NCBI GenBank assembly: GCA_951406725.2
Contig: OX597820.1
Location: forward strand, 103,850,001-103,914,000
DNA length: 64,000 nucleotides
Reading direction: 5' to 3'
Source: Octopus vulgaris
Lineage: Eukaryota
Shown piece after piece: positions 37,491 to 50,635 of the stretch. Made by a program: the position numbers and the translations under genes. The notes under the pieces are model-generated. The model saw only the letters and a program-made list of their open reading frames with translations, was not told the DNA's origin and ran no database searches. How positions within the stretch are numbered: the stretch's first letter is position 1; each line of letters starts with the position of its first letter.

Positions 37491-37845
37491 GGTACTTTTA
37501 TCAACCCCGAAAGGATAAACGGTAAAGTTGATTTCAGAACGTTGCGACGGGCAAAATACTGCTGAGCATTTCGCCCGGCGTGCTAACGATTCTGCCAGTA
37601 ACTTGTATTATTCATTTTCGCTTTTTTTTATATATTTTTTTGAAAAATCTTCCGGACAAGTTCTCGATTTAGGTATGGTTATGTGATTAAGAAGCTCGTT
37701 TTGAACCATGTCGTTTCTGGTTCAGTCCTTCTACTGTAGCCCCGCTTTGACTAATGATTTGTGAATGAATTTGGTAGATGGAAACTGTATAGAATATGGA
37801 AGCCTGTTGTGTGCGTGCGTGCGTGCGTGCGTGTGTGCGTGTGTG

Positions 37846-37911
<66 letters not shown>

Positions 37912-38340
37912 TTTGTCCCCCATCACAGCTTGACTACCGGTGTTGGTTTTCTTACGCTCCCGTAACGTCGCGCGGTTTAGCAAAAAAGAGAGAAGAAAGG
38001 CAGAGGGAGAGAGAGAGAGAAAGAGAGAGGGAAGAGAGAGAGAGAGAGAGAGACGAATAGAATATGTACCAAACTTAGAGAATAAGTACTGGGCTTGATT
38101 TGTTCGACTAAGCCCTATTAAGCCCTTTCAAAGCGGTCCCCATCATGGCCCCAGTACAATGACTGAAACAAGTAAAACATCAAATATAAAACGTTAACTA
38201 TGACTCTTAAAAGGTCCTAGTTACGGTATATTTTTCATAGTCAGAGGGATTTGTCTTTATGAAATAAGTTATGCAATTGCCAATCCTTGCAGTGAGGAGC
38301 ACTCACCAGATGAACCAGCGATACAAGTTCAATTTACAGT

Positions 38341-39556
38341 ACTCTTTCACTCTTTTCAGTCATTTGACTGCGGCCATGCTGGATCACCGCCTTTAGTCGA
38401 GCAAATCGACCCCGGGACTTATTCTTTGTAAGCCCAGTACTTATTCTATCGGTCTATTTTGCCGAACCGCTAAGTGACGGGGACGTAAACACACCAGCAT
38501 CGGTTGTCAAGCAATGCTAGGGGGACAAACACAGACACACAAACCCCCACACACACACATATATATATACACATATATACGACAGGCTTCTTTCAGTTTC
38601 CGTCTACCAAATCCACTCACAAGGCATTGGTCGGCCCGGGGCTATAGCAGAAGACACTTGCCCAAGATGCCACGCAGTGGGACTGAACCCGGAACCATGT
38701 GGTTGGTTAGCAAGCTACTTACCACACAGTCACTCCAGTAGATATTTTTTTTTTCATTAAGGATTTATTTATATATATATATTTCTTGACATATTTAAAA
38801 AATGGGATAATGCTCCTTCTCGATTCATACAGACTCATAGGGCTGTTTTCCCGTTTACTCTGGTGTATATACTCCCCACTAGACTCGACGCCGGTCCGTT
38901 GCTGAGTAGACTGGCTCAACGTGAAATGAAATATTTTGATCAAGAACACAACGCATCGCTCGGTCCAGGAATTGAAACCACGATCTTACGATCAAAACTG
39001 CATGAAGGCAACATGAAGTGGTGACCCAGATACCCTTTAACTGTGAAAAATATATCGAAACTATGAACTTTTTAGTCACGGGATAATTTTTCAGGAGAAA
39101 TTAAAAAATATAAGTTTTATATGAGTAAGGTTCTTCAGTTTATTATACTCTTTACTCTTTTACTCTTTTACTTGTTTCAGTCATTTGACTGCGGCCATGC
39201 TGGAGCACCACCTTTTGTCGAGCAAATCGACCCCGGGACTTATTCCTTGTAAGCCCAGTACTTATTCTATCGGTCTATTTTGCCGAACCGCTAAGTGACG
39301 GGGACGTAAACACACCAGCATCGGTTGTCAAGCAATGCTAGAGGAACAAACACAGACACACAAACATATACACACACATACATATATATATACATATATA
39401 CGACAGGCTTCTTTCAGTTTCCGTCTACCGAATCCACTCACAAGGCTTTGGTCGGCCCGAGGCTATAGCAGAAGACACTTGCCCAAGATGCCACGCAGTG
39501 GGACTGAACCCGGAACCATGTGGTTGGTTAGCAAGCTACTTACCACACAGCCACTG
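38341..39556 (-). mobile_element. Two SINE family A copies (38341-38718 and 39146-39556); a + copy at about 37685-38180
   Basis: Reverse complement of the 438-845 element, near full length. Confidence 0.85.
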
Positions 39557-39713
39557 CGAAATAAGAAATGAAATAAGCTGATGTGATGTTCATGTATTTT
39601 CCAGATATGTAACGAGGCCAATTCGTGAACTCTGATCACTGAGAGTCTACCTTTCTCTGTATAAACGCTGCAACACAAGAACAGAATACTTAAATAAGAG
39701 AAAAAAAAATGAA

Positions 39714-39795
39714 CGACGAGGATGAGATTCGAACTCACGCGGGGAGACCCCAATGGATTAGCAGTCCATCGCCTTAACCACTCGGCCACCTCGTC
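39714..39795 (-). tRNA. tRNA-Ser-GCT: tRNA-Ser(GCT)
   Basis: Identical copy that shares its 3' flank with the pseudogene at 37413. Confidence 0.97.
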
Positions 39796-40607
39796 AGCCA
39801 CTTGCGAAACAAGGAGAACTTGATTTCTTTATTTGAAAATATATTATACATGATAACTGCCTGACTGTATTTCTTGAATGTCTTTATAAAGATGTAGGTT
39901 GGCAGAGTCATTAGAGCGCCAGAAAATATTACTGCGTGGTATTTATTCTGAAACTTTATATTTTCTGTTCAAATCCCGCTGAAGTTAACTTTGCTATTTA
40001 TCCTTCAACAGTTGATGAAATAAAGCACAAGGTAAGTTTTGGGTGATGTAATTGACTAATCAATTTCCCCGAAAATTACTGGCCTTTTGCCTCAATTACA
40101 AACAATGTCTTCGTATTGATTTTTAAGAACAATAGAAATAACAGCGTATCATGCTAATATTTAATAGACCCAAGGCAGCGCCTGGCAGAATCATTAGCAG
40201 TATTTAGTCCGTGTTTACATTCTGAGTCCAAATTCCGCCGAGGTCGACTTAGCCTTTCATCCAATCGGGGTCGATAAAATAAGTACCAGTTGAGTACTTA
40301 TTAAGTACAATTAATTATTTAGGTCGATGTAATCTACTTACCCACTTTCCTGAAATTGTTGGCCTAGTACCAACATTTGAAACCAGTATTTAATATACAC
40401 AGTTCTGAGTTCTATTTCCGTAAGAATTATTTTTGTTTTTTTATCTTTCCAAGGTCAAAATAGATAGTATCTGACAACAGCACTCATTGTTTTGTTTTGT
40501 TTTGTTTTTGTTTTGTTTTCATCGAATGGCTTTATATTTAAATTTATTGCAACATATTTTATTCACGCTAGATTGTGCATAAACTATCATGTAATTTGTA
40601 ATATGTA

Positions 40608-40638
<31 letters not shown>

Positions 40639-40654
40639 TGTATGTATGTATGTC

Positions 40655-43190
40655 TTAAGGCTGTATCATGCGCGGGGACAGAAATAATCGGACTGAATAC
40701 CCGATCGCGCGGTTAAACCATTTGCTGTGTAGAACTCCTAGCCTTTGTTGGGGCATCCTTCTAGGAGAAGGTAACTCAGGTAACTGACATAACTCCGACA
40801 TAAAACCTGCGGCTCAGTGGTTACCGATGATGTTGACTTGTTCTTCTTTTCGGATTATGGTTGCTGTTGCTTAGTGAGTGGGATTGACTCAGTGCACAGC
40901 CTTTCCCCACTTTAAAAAAAAGTCTTCTTGCACAGGCATTGCACGATAACAACATTGATTAAGCTTCGCGCAATGGCCATACTCGATAACGAGGGGGCAG
41001 CCACCATGTATGTATGTACGTACATACGTATGTATGTATGTACGTACATACGTATGTATGTATGTACGTACATACGTATGTATGTATGTATGTATGTATG
41101 TATGTATGTATGTATGTGTGTAGGTAGGTAGGTAAGTAGGTAGATAGGTATGCATGAATGTATGTTGATGTTACTGAGTAATGAGCTCTACAATCTTAAG
41201 AAGCGAGCAGGTGTAGCAGCTGTAGCTCCCCTTCGCTCTAAGGATGGAGAAAAACTGTACTCTACTATGGAAACAGCGCTCCTCTGCTCTGCTCGACAGG
41301 TATACTGAAGCAGATCCTACTGCACAGTAGAGTCTTGATCAGTTGTCGAAAACCTCTACAATCCACCAACTATCAACGAAGTAAAATTAATTATTGGTCA
41401 GCTAAATACTGGCAAGGCGACTGGCAAAGGTTTATCATGGTAGTGAGAACATGATACTCTTTATGCACAAGATCATTCGCGTGACAGGCAGGACACTATC
41501 ATGATACCTCTCTACAAAAGTAAAGTACCACGTGAGAACCGTGAAAAATGTCGTGGTATTGCTCTGTTGGCAACTGCAGGAAAGATCGTTGCCGCGCTAC
41601 TTCTGACAAAGCTAAATGTCCACATCACACAGACAGGATCTTTCCTGAATCTCAGTGTGACTTCAAACCAAACCGAAGTATAACAGGTATGATATTCACG
41701 GCTAGACAAGTTCAGAAAAGTGTTTTGAACAAAGCCTCTACCAAATTGATCTAACAAAAGCATTCGACGCCGTACATTGTGAAATTACTACGGTGCTTCT
41801 ATGATGATATAGAAGTCTGTGTAAACGTAGGCAGGATTATCACAGAGCTCTTTAAGGTGAAGAATGGTTCAAAGATGACGGCCTTATTGCACCATCATTA
41901 TTCGCGATCTTCTCTGTAGTTCTTCTTCACGCTTTCAGAGACTGCGACGTGGATGTGTATATACATTATCGATCATCAAGTAGACTCTTCAACATTCAGC
42001 ATTTTGCAGCAAAGACGAAAACTCTTCAGTCTTTAGTGCGTGGTCTCTTACATACCGATGACTGACATTGTGTTACACATCACACAGGGAATATAAAACT
42101 TGATGGACAGACATTCGAGCGTCTTCAAAGCTTTTAGTAGCACCATCAGCCTTGAAAAAAAACGGTAGCAATGTACCAACTTGCACATGGAGTGCTATGC
42201 GTAGAGGTATAAACTGAAGGTGGTTGTTAAGTTTACATACCTAGGTAGCACTATCAGCCGACACTGTTCTTTAGATTATCAGATCAAAGCACGAATATTA
42301 AGGGTCACAGATGGCTTCGCCGCTCTGAACAGTTGTATCTAGTCCCAAAGAAACTTGAAAAATAACACCAAGTTAGCAATCTTAAACCCTGCGTACTGAT
42401 ATCCCATTATTTTCGTGTGAAACACGGGTAGCGTACCGTCATCACTTAAAAACATTTGATCGATTTCATCAACAGTGTTTGAGAAACATCTTACGCATCC
42501 ACTGGATGACTCTTACCCTAGATATGTGGTTTTAGAAAGAGCCAAAGCAGCGAGTATTGATGCCCACATCCTGTATGCGCCGGGTTGGTAATGTAGTGCG
42601 TCATGACAGCAGAATCCCCAAGCAAATGTTGTGTGGCGAACTGTCACAAGCCACTCGACCACAACATAAACTAAGAGAGAGATTCAAGGACAACTTAAAA
42701 GAATCACATGGAATCTGTGAGAACAGGAGTGGGAAGATATCTTAGGTGATAGGAAAACCTGGAAGCAAAGACATTATGACAGAGTGAACTTATTCCAGCG
42801 AATGCAGACGAGTGACCACGCATGTGGAGATCAGCACAAAGAGACAATTCCGTTGACTCTACAGTCCCTCACCTAGTCTGTGAAATCTGTGACCACATAT
42901 GTATGTCTTGTGCATGCTTGGTGAGCCTCTAAAAAAGTCACACAGAAAGATCTGTTATAAACCACAACGGCTTTCTTGTTGGGGCCAATCTCACATGCAG
43001 TGTCTGCCAGAAAACGTACATAAATTACTCGGGTTTATCTAGGTACACCAGGCTGCTAAGAGAAAAATTATCAGAGTGGTCCGGAACAACAAGAAGTCAA
43101 AAGAATTTACATGAATGTTGAACCTGCAACAAGTCCTGTAAGTCGTGTGGCAGGATCCAAGAGCCATTGTCGCTCTCATAACATGAATGC
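40655..43190 (+). pseudogene. Decayed RTE LINE with probable 5' UTR (about 40655-41000)
   Basis: IPLYKSK..CRGIALLATAGKI, FPESQCDFKPNRS..MIFTARQ, DSRIPKQMLCGEL, C-terminal zinc-finger remnants. Confidence 0.8.
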
Positions 43191-43515
43191 TGTGATGCAC
43201 TTTATTTAGTCACCCATGTTCATACACGTTGAACGAGTCGGCATCCACCATGTCTGTCTGTCTCTCTCTCTCTCTCTATGTATGTATGTATATATGTATG
43301 TATGTATGTATGTACGTATGTATGTATGTTCTTTTATTCATTGTGCTGCGGCCACACTGGGGCATTCTCTTGAAAGGTTTAGTTTAACAAATTGTCTCGT
43401 ACTTGTTATTCTACCCATTCCATTTTGCCGAGAGTGGTTGTCAAGTGATGTAGGAATACACTCGTAGACACGCATACATACACATATTACACACAAGCAC
43501 ACACATCTTATGTTT

Positions 43516-43600
<85 letters not shown>

Positions 43601-43717
43601 CGTGTGTGTGTGTGCATGTGTGTGTGTGTATGAACTAATATATATACATATATATATTTATGTATGTACTTACATACAGGTCCAAAAAGGGTACGGGTGT
43701 CGCTATATATATATGTG

Positions 43718-43978
43718 TGTATATGTAAAAAAATACAAACTGGGACAAGAACGCAAAACATTTAGAAGACGATACGAAAAACACGGACGGGACATTCGAA
43801 GCCTTCAATCTTCAGTCAAGAACCGGATCATCCTCGCAAGATTAATCAGCCGAAATTGCGAGGATGATCCGGTTCTTGACTGAAGATTGAAGGCTTCGAA
43901 TGTCCCGTCCGTGTTTTTCGTATCGTCTTCTAAATGTCTTGCGTTCTTGTCCCAGTTTGTATTTTTTTTACATATACA
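43718..43978. repeat. Long palindrome (arms of about 120 bp, 16-nt spacer), PLE-like fold-back insertion
   Basis: 43718-43839 is the reverse complement of 43856-43978, with one mismatch and one A indel. Confidence 0.92.
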
Positions 43979-44996
43979 TATATATTTATGTATGTATGTT
44001 CCTTTAAATACGCCGTCATTGGCCAGAGTTAAAAGTAATCAATTGAATAATAATCAAGGGGAAAGAAACACAGCATCAAGAATATTGATGTTTGTCATAA
44101 GTTGTCTCCCTTGTAATTCTTCCGTCTTGCTATGATGTTTTAGTTATTTCCCTTAGACAATGCTATATGAGGATATTACTGTAGTAGATAATATCAGATA
44201 GTCATCCATGTAACATATTTTATATAACTGATGTGAATCAAAATTTTACTTTATAAAGTAATTAGTAGCTCTCGTTGCAATCGTACGGCGACTTGAATAG
44301 AAGTAAACTAATCCTGATGAGCTCAAATAACAACGAAGGTTGTCGTTTCAATTCTTATTCGAAGCTTCTAAAAAGACCAGTCGTATTTTCACAAGACCTA
44401 AATTGGTATGACTCTTTATGCATATTTATTCCTAACACAAGCTGTATTCGTACGCAGTCAAAATGAGGAAGTTTTGTTTTTTAAATTAGAATTATCTCCC
44501 CTGACAATTAACACATTTCTATGTTGTTTATTAACAATATATTTCCTAGTTATTTATACCACATCGATAAATGCATGACGAAACCCATAGGATGATTGCA
44601 GTTTATTGTAGTTGATGCATTTATAATTTTGTATATCTTCTTAAAATTTTGTTTGTAGGAATGCAAAATACACATAAAATTACGGGCGCTGATGTCAGCG
44701 CCCGTAACTCATAGGAGAGAAAAACCAATAAATACAGGGGCCTGGCTGCTATCAGTTTACGTCGGTCGGCGTCGATACGTCGAGTGTTCTGAGACCCCGT
44801 GCTACTGATTTCCTCCGCAAAATCGGGATAGCAGCGTCCCGTTGGAGAAATGAGCCCCGCGGAGTGAAGTGGTTGTTGCAATGAATGTCACTGGTCAGTC
44901 ACCGCAGCAACGCCATCACGATAGTTACTGCCGGGCGCGGTTGAGCACCTCACTTGTTCTGAGATATGCTGTTCATCTCCCTTTCCCTCGGCTGCT

Positions 44997-45221
44997 TTAC
45001 ACTCTTTACTCTTTTATTTGTTTCAGTCAGTTGACTGCGGCCATGCTGGAGCACCGCCTTTAGTCGAGAAACTCGACCCCGGGACTTATTCTTTGTAAGC
45101 CCAGTACTTATTCTATCGGTCTCTTTTGCCGAACCGCTAAGTGACGGGGACATAAACACACCAGCATCGGTTGTCAAGCAATGCTAGGGGGACAAACACA
45201 GACACACAAACACACACACGC

Positions 45222-45281
<60 letters not shown>

Positions 45282-45440
45282 GACGGGCTTCTTTTCAGAG
45301 TCCGTCTACCAAATCCACTCACAAGGTTTTGGTCGACCCGAGGTTATAGTAGAAGACACTTGCCCAAGGTGCCACGCAGTAGGACTGAACCCGGAACCAT
45401 GTGGTTGGTAAACAAGCTACTTACCACACAGCCACTCCTG
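44997..45440 (-). mobile_element. SINE family A
   Basis: Full-length reverse-complement copy. Confidence 0.85.
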
Positions 45441-45529
45441 CTTTGCCCCCATCCACTTCTTTTTTCTTTTTGATCTCACTTCTTTCTTATTTCTTAGTAT
45501 TAAAAAATTCTAATAAAATAAAATTTAAA

Positions 45530-45745
45530 TCGCTGATGGCGGCTCATAGGTGGATGTTGTTTACCTTGACTTTGTTAAAGCTTTTAATTCTGTGCCACGC
45601 AAAAGACTTGTGGCAAAACTCTCTGCAATGGGTGCGAAAGATGATCTTTTTAACTGGTTGGAGTCTTCCATTCTCAGCCGAAAAGATATAGTCACAGTTC
45701 TAGGACAGCATTCTTCACCCCATGAGATGTCATCTGGTGTACAAA
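45530..45745 (+). pseudogene. CR1/Jockey-group RT fragment
   Basis: VDVVYLDFVKAFNSVPRKRLVAKL..LFNWLES..SSGV. Confidence 0.75.
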
Positions 45746-46121
45746 TGGAGTAAGTACTACTTTTGCAAAGAATAAGTTCTGGTGTCGATTTCTTCGACTA
45801 AAACCCTTTAGGCGGTGCTCCAGCATGGCCGCAGTCAAATGACTGAAACAAGTAAAAGAATTAAAAAATAGAAGAATACCAAAAGAACCGACAACACAAC
45901 GGTTGGCACTCGGTCTTGGATACATGTGAATGCGCTTCACATTCTTGACGCTGTCGACCTTCAGCAATTTGATGGCAACCTGGAAAAAAGAGAAAAAAAT
46001 CCTTCAGCCTGTGAAATTCGTCCTCTTTACTATTTCAACTTGTGCCCTTGTCCACTAGCTCTATTTGGTGCCGTTTTACCATGGGATATGAACGTTCATA
46101 CGTTCATTGTGTGTGTGTGCG

Positions 46122-46186
<65 letters not shown>

Positions 46187-47159
46187 ATTTACTGTACTTC
46201 ACTGCACATGACAAAAAATTATTAAAACAAAACAATTAAAATGTGTAGGAGTGAGTTGAAAGAAAGGAGAGCAATAATAATACTAATAACCCTTTCTACT
46301 AGGCACAAGGCCTAAAATTTTGTGGGGGTAGAACTAATCGATTGCATTGGCCCCGATACTCATCCGATACTTATTTTATCGATTCCGAAAGGATGGAAGG
46401 CAAAGTCCACCTCGGCGGAATTTGAACTTAAAACTTAAAGACGGACAAAATACTGCTTAGCATTTTGTCCGGAGTGTTAACGTTTCTGCCAACTCGCCGC
46501 CTTATATTCAATATTGATTTCAAATTTCAGCTCAAGGCCATTAAGTCTGCGGGAAGGGATAAGTCAATTACATCGACTCCAGTCAACTGGTACTTAATTC
46601 CTCGCTCCCCCACCCCCACCCAGTGGGTGAAAGGCAAAGTCGATCTAGGTGGAATTTCAACTCAGAACGTTTAGACGGACGAAATGTTTTACGTTCTGAG
46701 TTGAAATTCCACCGAGGTTGACTTTGCTTTTCACCCACTCGAGCTGGACACAAGGGTAGATGCAATCGACTGGCACTAGGACCGTTGCTAAGCCCCTGAA
46801 ACCCTGCGGTCGCAGGGGGCCTCCGCAGTTGAGAGGCCCCATGTTAAAATCAAAGTACATAAATGAGCCATCTAATTACTTTGGTTAAGATGTTAACTGA
46901 AAATTTTAAGTCAGACGAAGAAAAAAATACGAAGGTGTACCATAAATAAATTTAAAAGGAACGAAAAAACTAAAAGGAAAAAGCTTGTCAACGAATTCCC
47001 TAAGGGGATAAAAGAAAGACGAAAGTAATCCAAGGCAATGAAAATAAGAACTTCAACAAAAAAGACGAAAAAGGAAGCAATGGTGATGAAAGATGGGGAT
47101 GTATACTTATACATACATGCAAACGTACGCACATACATACATACATACATACATACATA

Positions 47160-49607
47160 ATAATAATGTTCGTCCTTCGGGTTCGAAGATGACCACTGAC
47201 ATCATCTGGTGGAACTGCCGCTATGAGACCGAAGGTAGCTGGTGAGGCCAATCCGGGCAAGGAAGCCCCTCCCACAGGTGGGGCAGAAGTGGGTAGGGGC
47301 TGTGCTACTGGTGCAGGCGGCTCTGGCTTTCCGCATCTGGCGTTTCTGCTCTGCTGACCGAATCCGTCCCTCCTCGGCTGTCCCTGCTCCTGTGGTGATT
47401 GCGCTGCGCCAGGATGAGCGGTCGGCAGCAAGTGTCTCCCAAGTCTCTGTGCCGATTGAGAAGTCTTTGAGAGAGACCTTGAGACTGTCCTTGAAGCGCT
47501 TCTTCTGCCCTCCGACTTTGCGTTTGCCCTGGCTGAGTTCACCGTAGAATAGCTGTTTTGGGATGCGAGTGTCGGACATGCGGGAGACGTGGCCCGCCCA
47601 TCTCAGCTGGGCCTTGCGCATGATCGTGATGGTGCTAGGGAGATCTGCCTGCTTCAGAACTTCCGTGTCTGGGACTTTGTCCTGCCAGCAGATGTGAAGG
47701 AGGTTCCGAAGACACCTGAGGTGGAAGTGGTTTATCTGGCGCTCGTGCCTTCGGTAAGCAGTCCACGTCTCGCAGCCGTATAGTAGGGTGGTAAGCACGA
47801 CTGCCCGGTAGACTTTCAGCTTGGTGTTGAGGCTGATTCCTCTCCGCTCCCAGACTTTCTTTCGCAGTCTCCCAAACGCGCTGCTTGCCTTGGAGATTCT
47901 GTTGATGATTTCAGCATCTATGTTGGCATTGCAGGAGAGAGTGCTGCCCAGGTAGGTGAAGTTTTCCACCGCTCGTAGGATCCGTCCGTTCACCTTTATC
48001 TGAGGCTCATGGTATTGTTTGCCGGGGGCTGGCTGAAACATCACTTCGGTTTTCTTGGCACTGATGGTGAGACCGAAGTTGTCACAGGCTGATGAGAACC
48101 TGTCCATCCCGAGCTGCATCTCCTGCTCATCGAATGCATTAAGGGCGCAGTCGTCAGCAAAGAGAAAGTCTCTGACGACTGTCTCCCTTACCTTTGTGAC
48201 GGCCTGCAATCTTCTGGAGTTGAAAAGTTTCCCGTTTGTCCTGTACTTGATGTCGATACCGGACTTGCAGTCCCTGAAGGCGTCGGACAGCATTGCCGAG
48301 AACATGATGCTGAACAGTGTTGGGGCCAGGACACAGCCCTGCCTGACTCCGTTGGTCACCTGGAAGGCTTCAGATGAGTTGCCGTCTTCAAGGACTCTGG
48401 CTGTCATTCCGTCGTGGAACTGGCGGACAATTGCAATAAATTTGCTGGGGCAACCAAATTTTCCCATTACCTTCCATAGTCCTCCCGACTGACTGTATCG
48501 AAAGCCTTAGTGAGGTCAACAAAGGTCATGCAGAGGTCAAGGTGCTGCTCCATGCATTTCTCCTGGAGCTGGCGGGCGGCGAATATCATGTCAGTGGTCC
48601 CTCGACCCGCGCGGAAGCCACACTGGCTCTCAGGGAGAAGGCCTTGCTCCAAGTGTTCCAGAAGGCGGTCAAGCAGGACTCGGGCCAGGATCTTGCCTGC
48701 TATGGACAAGAGGGAGATTCCTCGGTGGTTGTCGCAGGACTGCCGATCTCCTTTCCGCTTATAAATGTGGACGATTGTTGCGTCCCGGAAATCTTGAGGG
48801 AGTTGTTCCCTGTCCCACATCGACTGGAACAGGCTGGTGAGCTTACTGATCATGGTGGGGTCGCCCGACTTGAACACCTCTGCAGGGATGGCGTCAGAGC
48901 CTGGAGCTTTGCCGGTGGATATTTTTTTGATGGCTCTGCTCACTTCCTCGACTGCAGGGGGAACAGCCAGCTCGTGGTTTGTCGGTACCTGGGGGAGTCG
49001 TGCGATGGCTTCCTCGTTGATCTGGGCTGGTCGGTTGAGCACGATGTTGAAATGCTCCGCCCATCTCTCCAGGATCAGCTTCTTGTTAGTCAGGAGTGAG
49101 GTTCCATCCGAGCTGAGCAGGGGGGTTGATCCAAAGGAGAACTGCGGTCCATAGACAGCTTTCAGCGCCTCGTAGAATTTCTTGGTGTCGTGTTTGTCTG
49201 CGTATCCCTGAATCTCATCCGCCTTGGCGCTTAACCATGCATCTTGCATGAGGCGGAGTTTTGCCTGGACTGTGCTGCGAATGTTGTTGAAAGCAGCCTT
49301 CTTTGCCGTGCAGGTGGTGTCATTTTGGTGAGCCCGCAGCAGACGGCGATTCTCCTCCAGGAGCTTTTGGATTTCCTGGTCGTTTTCGTCGAACCAGTCC
49401 TGGTGGTTCCTCGTAACTTGGCCTAGAGTTTCAAGGGCGATGGAATGAACCGTGTCCCTGAATGATTCCCACTGCTCATCGATACTGGACTGGTCATTCC
49501 GAATGTCCAACAGTTTGCTGTCCATACGTGACTGGAGATCTTGTGCAGTCAGCTGGTTCTTTAATTTCGTGATGTTAAGCTTCCTCGTCACTTTCTGACC
49601 CTGCTTG
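47160..49607 (-). mobile_element. Young 5'-truncated RTE-clade LINE; ORF split by a single frameshift near 48480
   Basis: ORFs 48467-49636 and 47202-48467 join into about 800 aa (GKAPGSDAIPAE, PESQCGFR, DLTKAFDTV, GVRQGCVLAP, FADD, YLGS, CPTC..SH). The 3' end GGTCATCTTCGAACCCGAAGGAC is followed by an (ATT)n/(ATGT)n tail. Confidence 0.95.
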
Positions 49608-50477
49608 CTTATATAATTATCTAGAAGGATAGACATACCATTGAGAACAATAGATTTAGTTGGTGGTCTTGTTATCTATTCTAGCTTTTGGTGAAGTAGA
49701 AGAGGTTAGAAAGGGTCAAGTGGTGAAAACATTATTTCGGCCTAGCTAAAGGCATCTGGAAAATGTAAAACTGCTGCCAGAGAAAAACCATAGTTCCACC
49801 TTTTGAAAAGTTCTGTAGTAGTGTTAATTTAAATTTGGCTATGGTGGATCGAATCCACTTCATGCATGCGATATTCACTACACACATATATAGCGATACA
49901 GATATTGTTTGCTCACTGTCACCAAGCATCTCAATTCTTCAGTGGTAACTAGTTTGTGATCGCGGTATTTTATTTTGTAAGGTATTATTTTCCCATGTGT
50001 CCTCTATCAACCCTTGACAACTGATGCTGGTTTATTTACGCGCCCGTAACTTAGCAGTTCAGTCCAGCAAAAGAAACCGATGGAGCTGCCTCAGCACAGT
50101 TCAATGAGTGAAAGAAATAAGAGATTAAAAAAACAGACAATTATGAAATTATCTCCCTTCCCTTATATTTTATCAGATTTAAATCTCGATAGAGAGGAAC
50201 CAGGGAAGATTGGACCTAACAACTTCCATAAGAAAACAATATTGCAGTAATTCTTTAAAAATATCCTTGACTCTATTATAGTAAGTTGATATTTTATATA
50301 ATTATTTTAATTAAATACCTTAATATATGATAGTGTTATTTCTAAGTTGACTACTTTATTATATTCTCTTCATACTTCTGTCTTTTTATATCTACCATTT
50401 ATATCTACCATAGAATGATAGTTTAGATTGTTACAGGAATAAATTCCATAAATGCTCCACGAATGCATTTTCTATTA

Positions 50478-50597
50478 CAGTAATCCCTCGTCATATCGCG
50501 GTTCACTTATCGCGGTTTATCATTTAAGCTTACGTCGATTCCTCCGTGGTGTTATTTTGCATTTATAATTAAATTATAATAAGAGATAAATATATAC

Positions 50598-50635
<38 letters not shown>

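Noticed and set aside
47242-49426. Plus-strand ORFs of 100-185 aa
   Set aside because: They are antisense shadows of the GC-rich RTE ORF.
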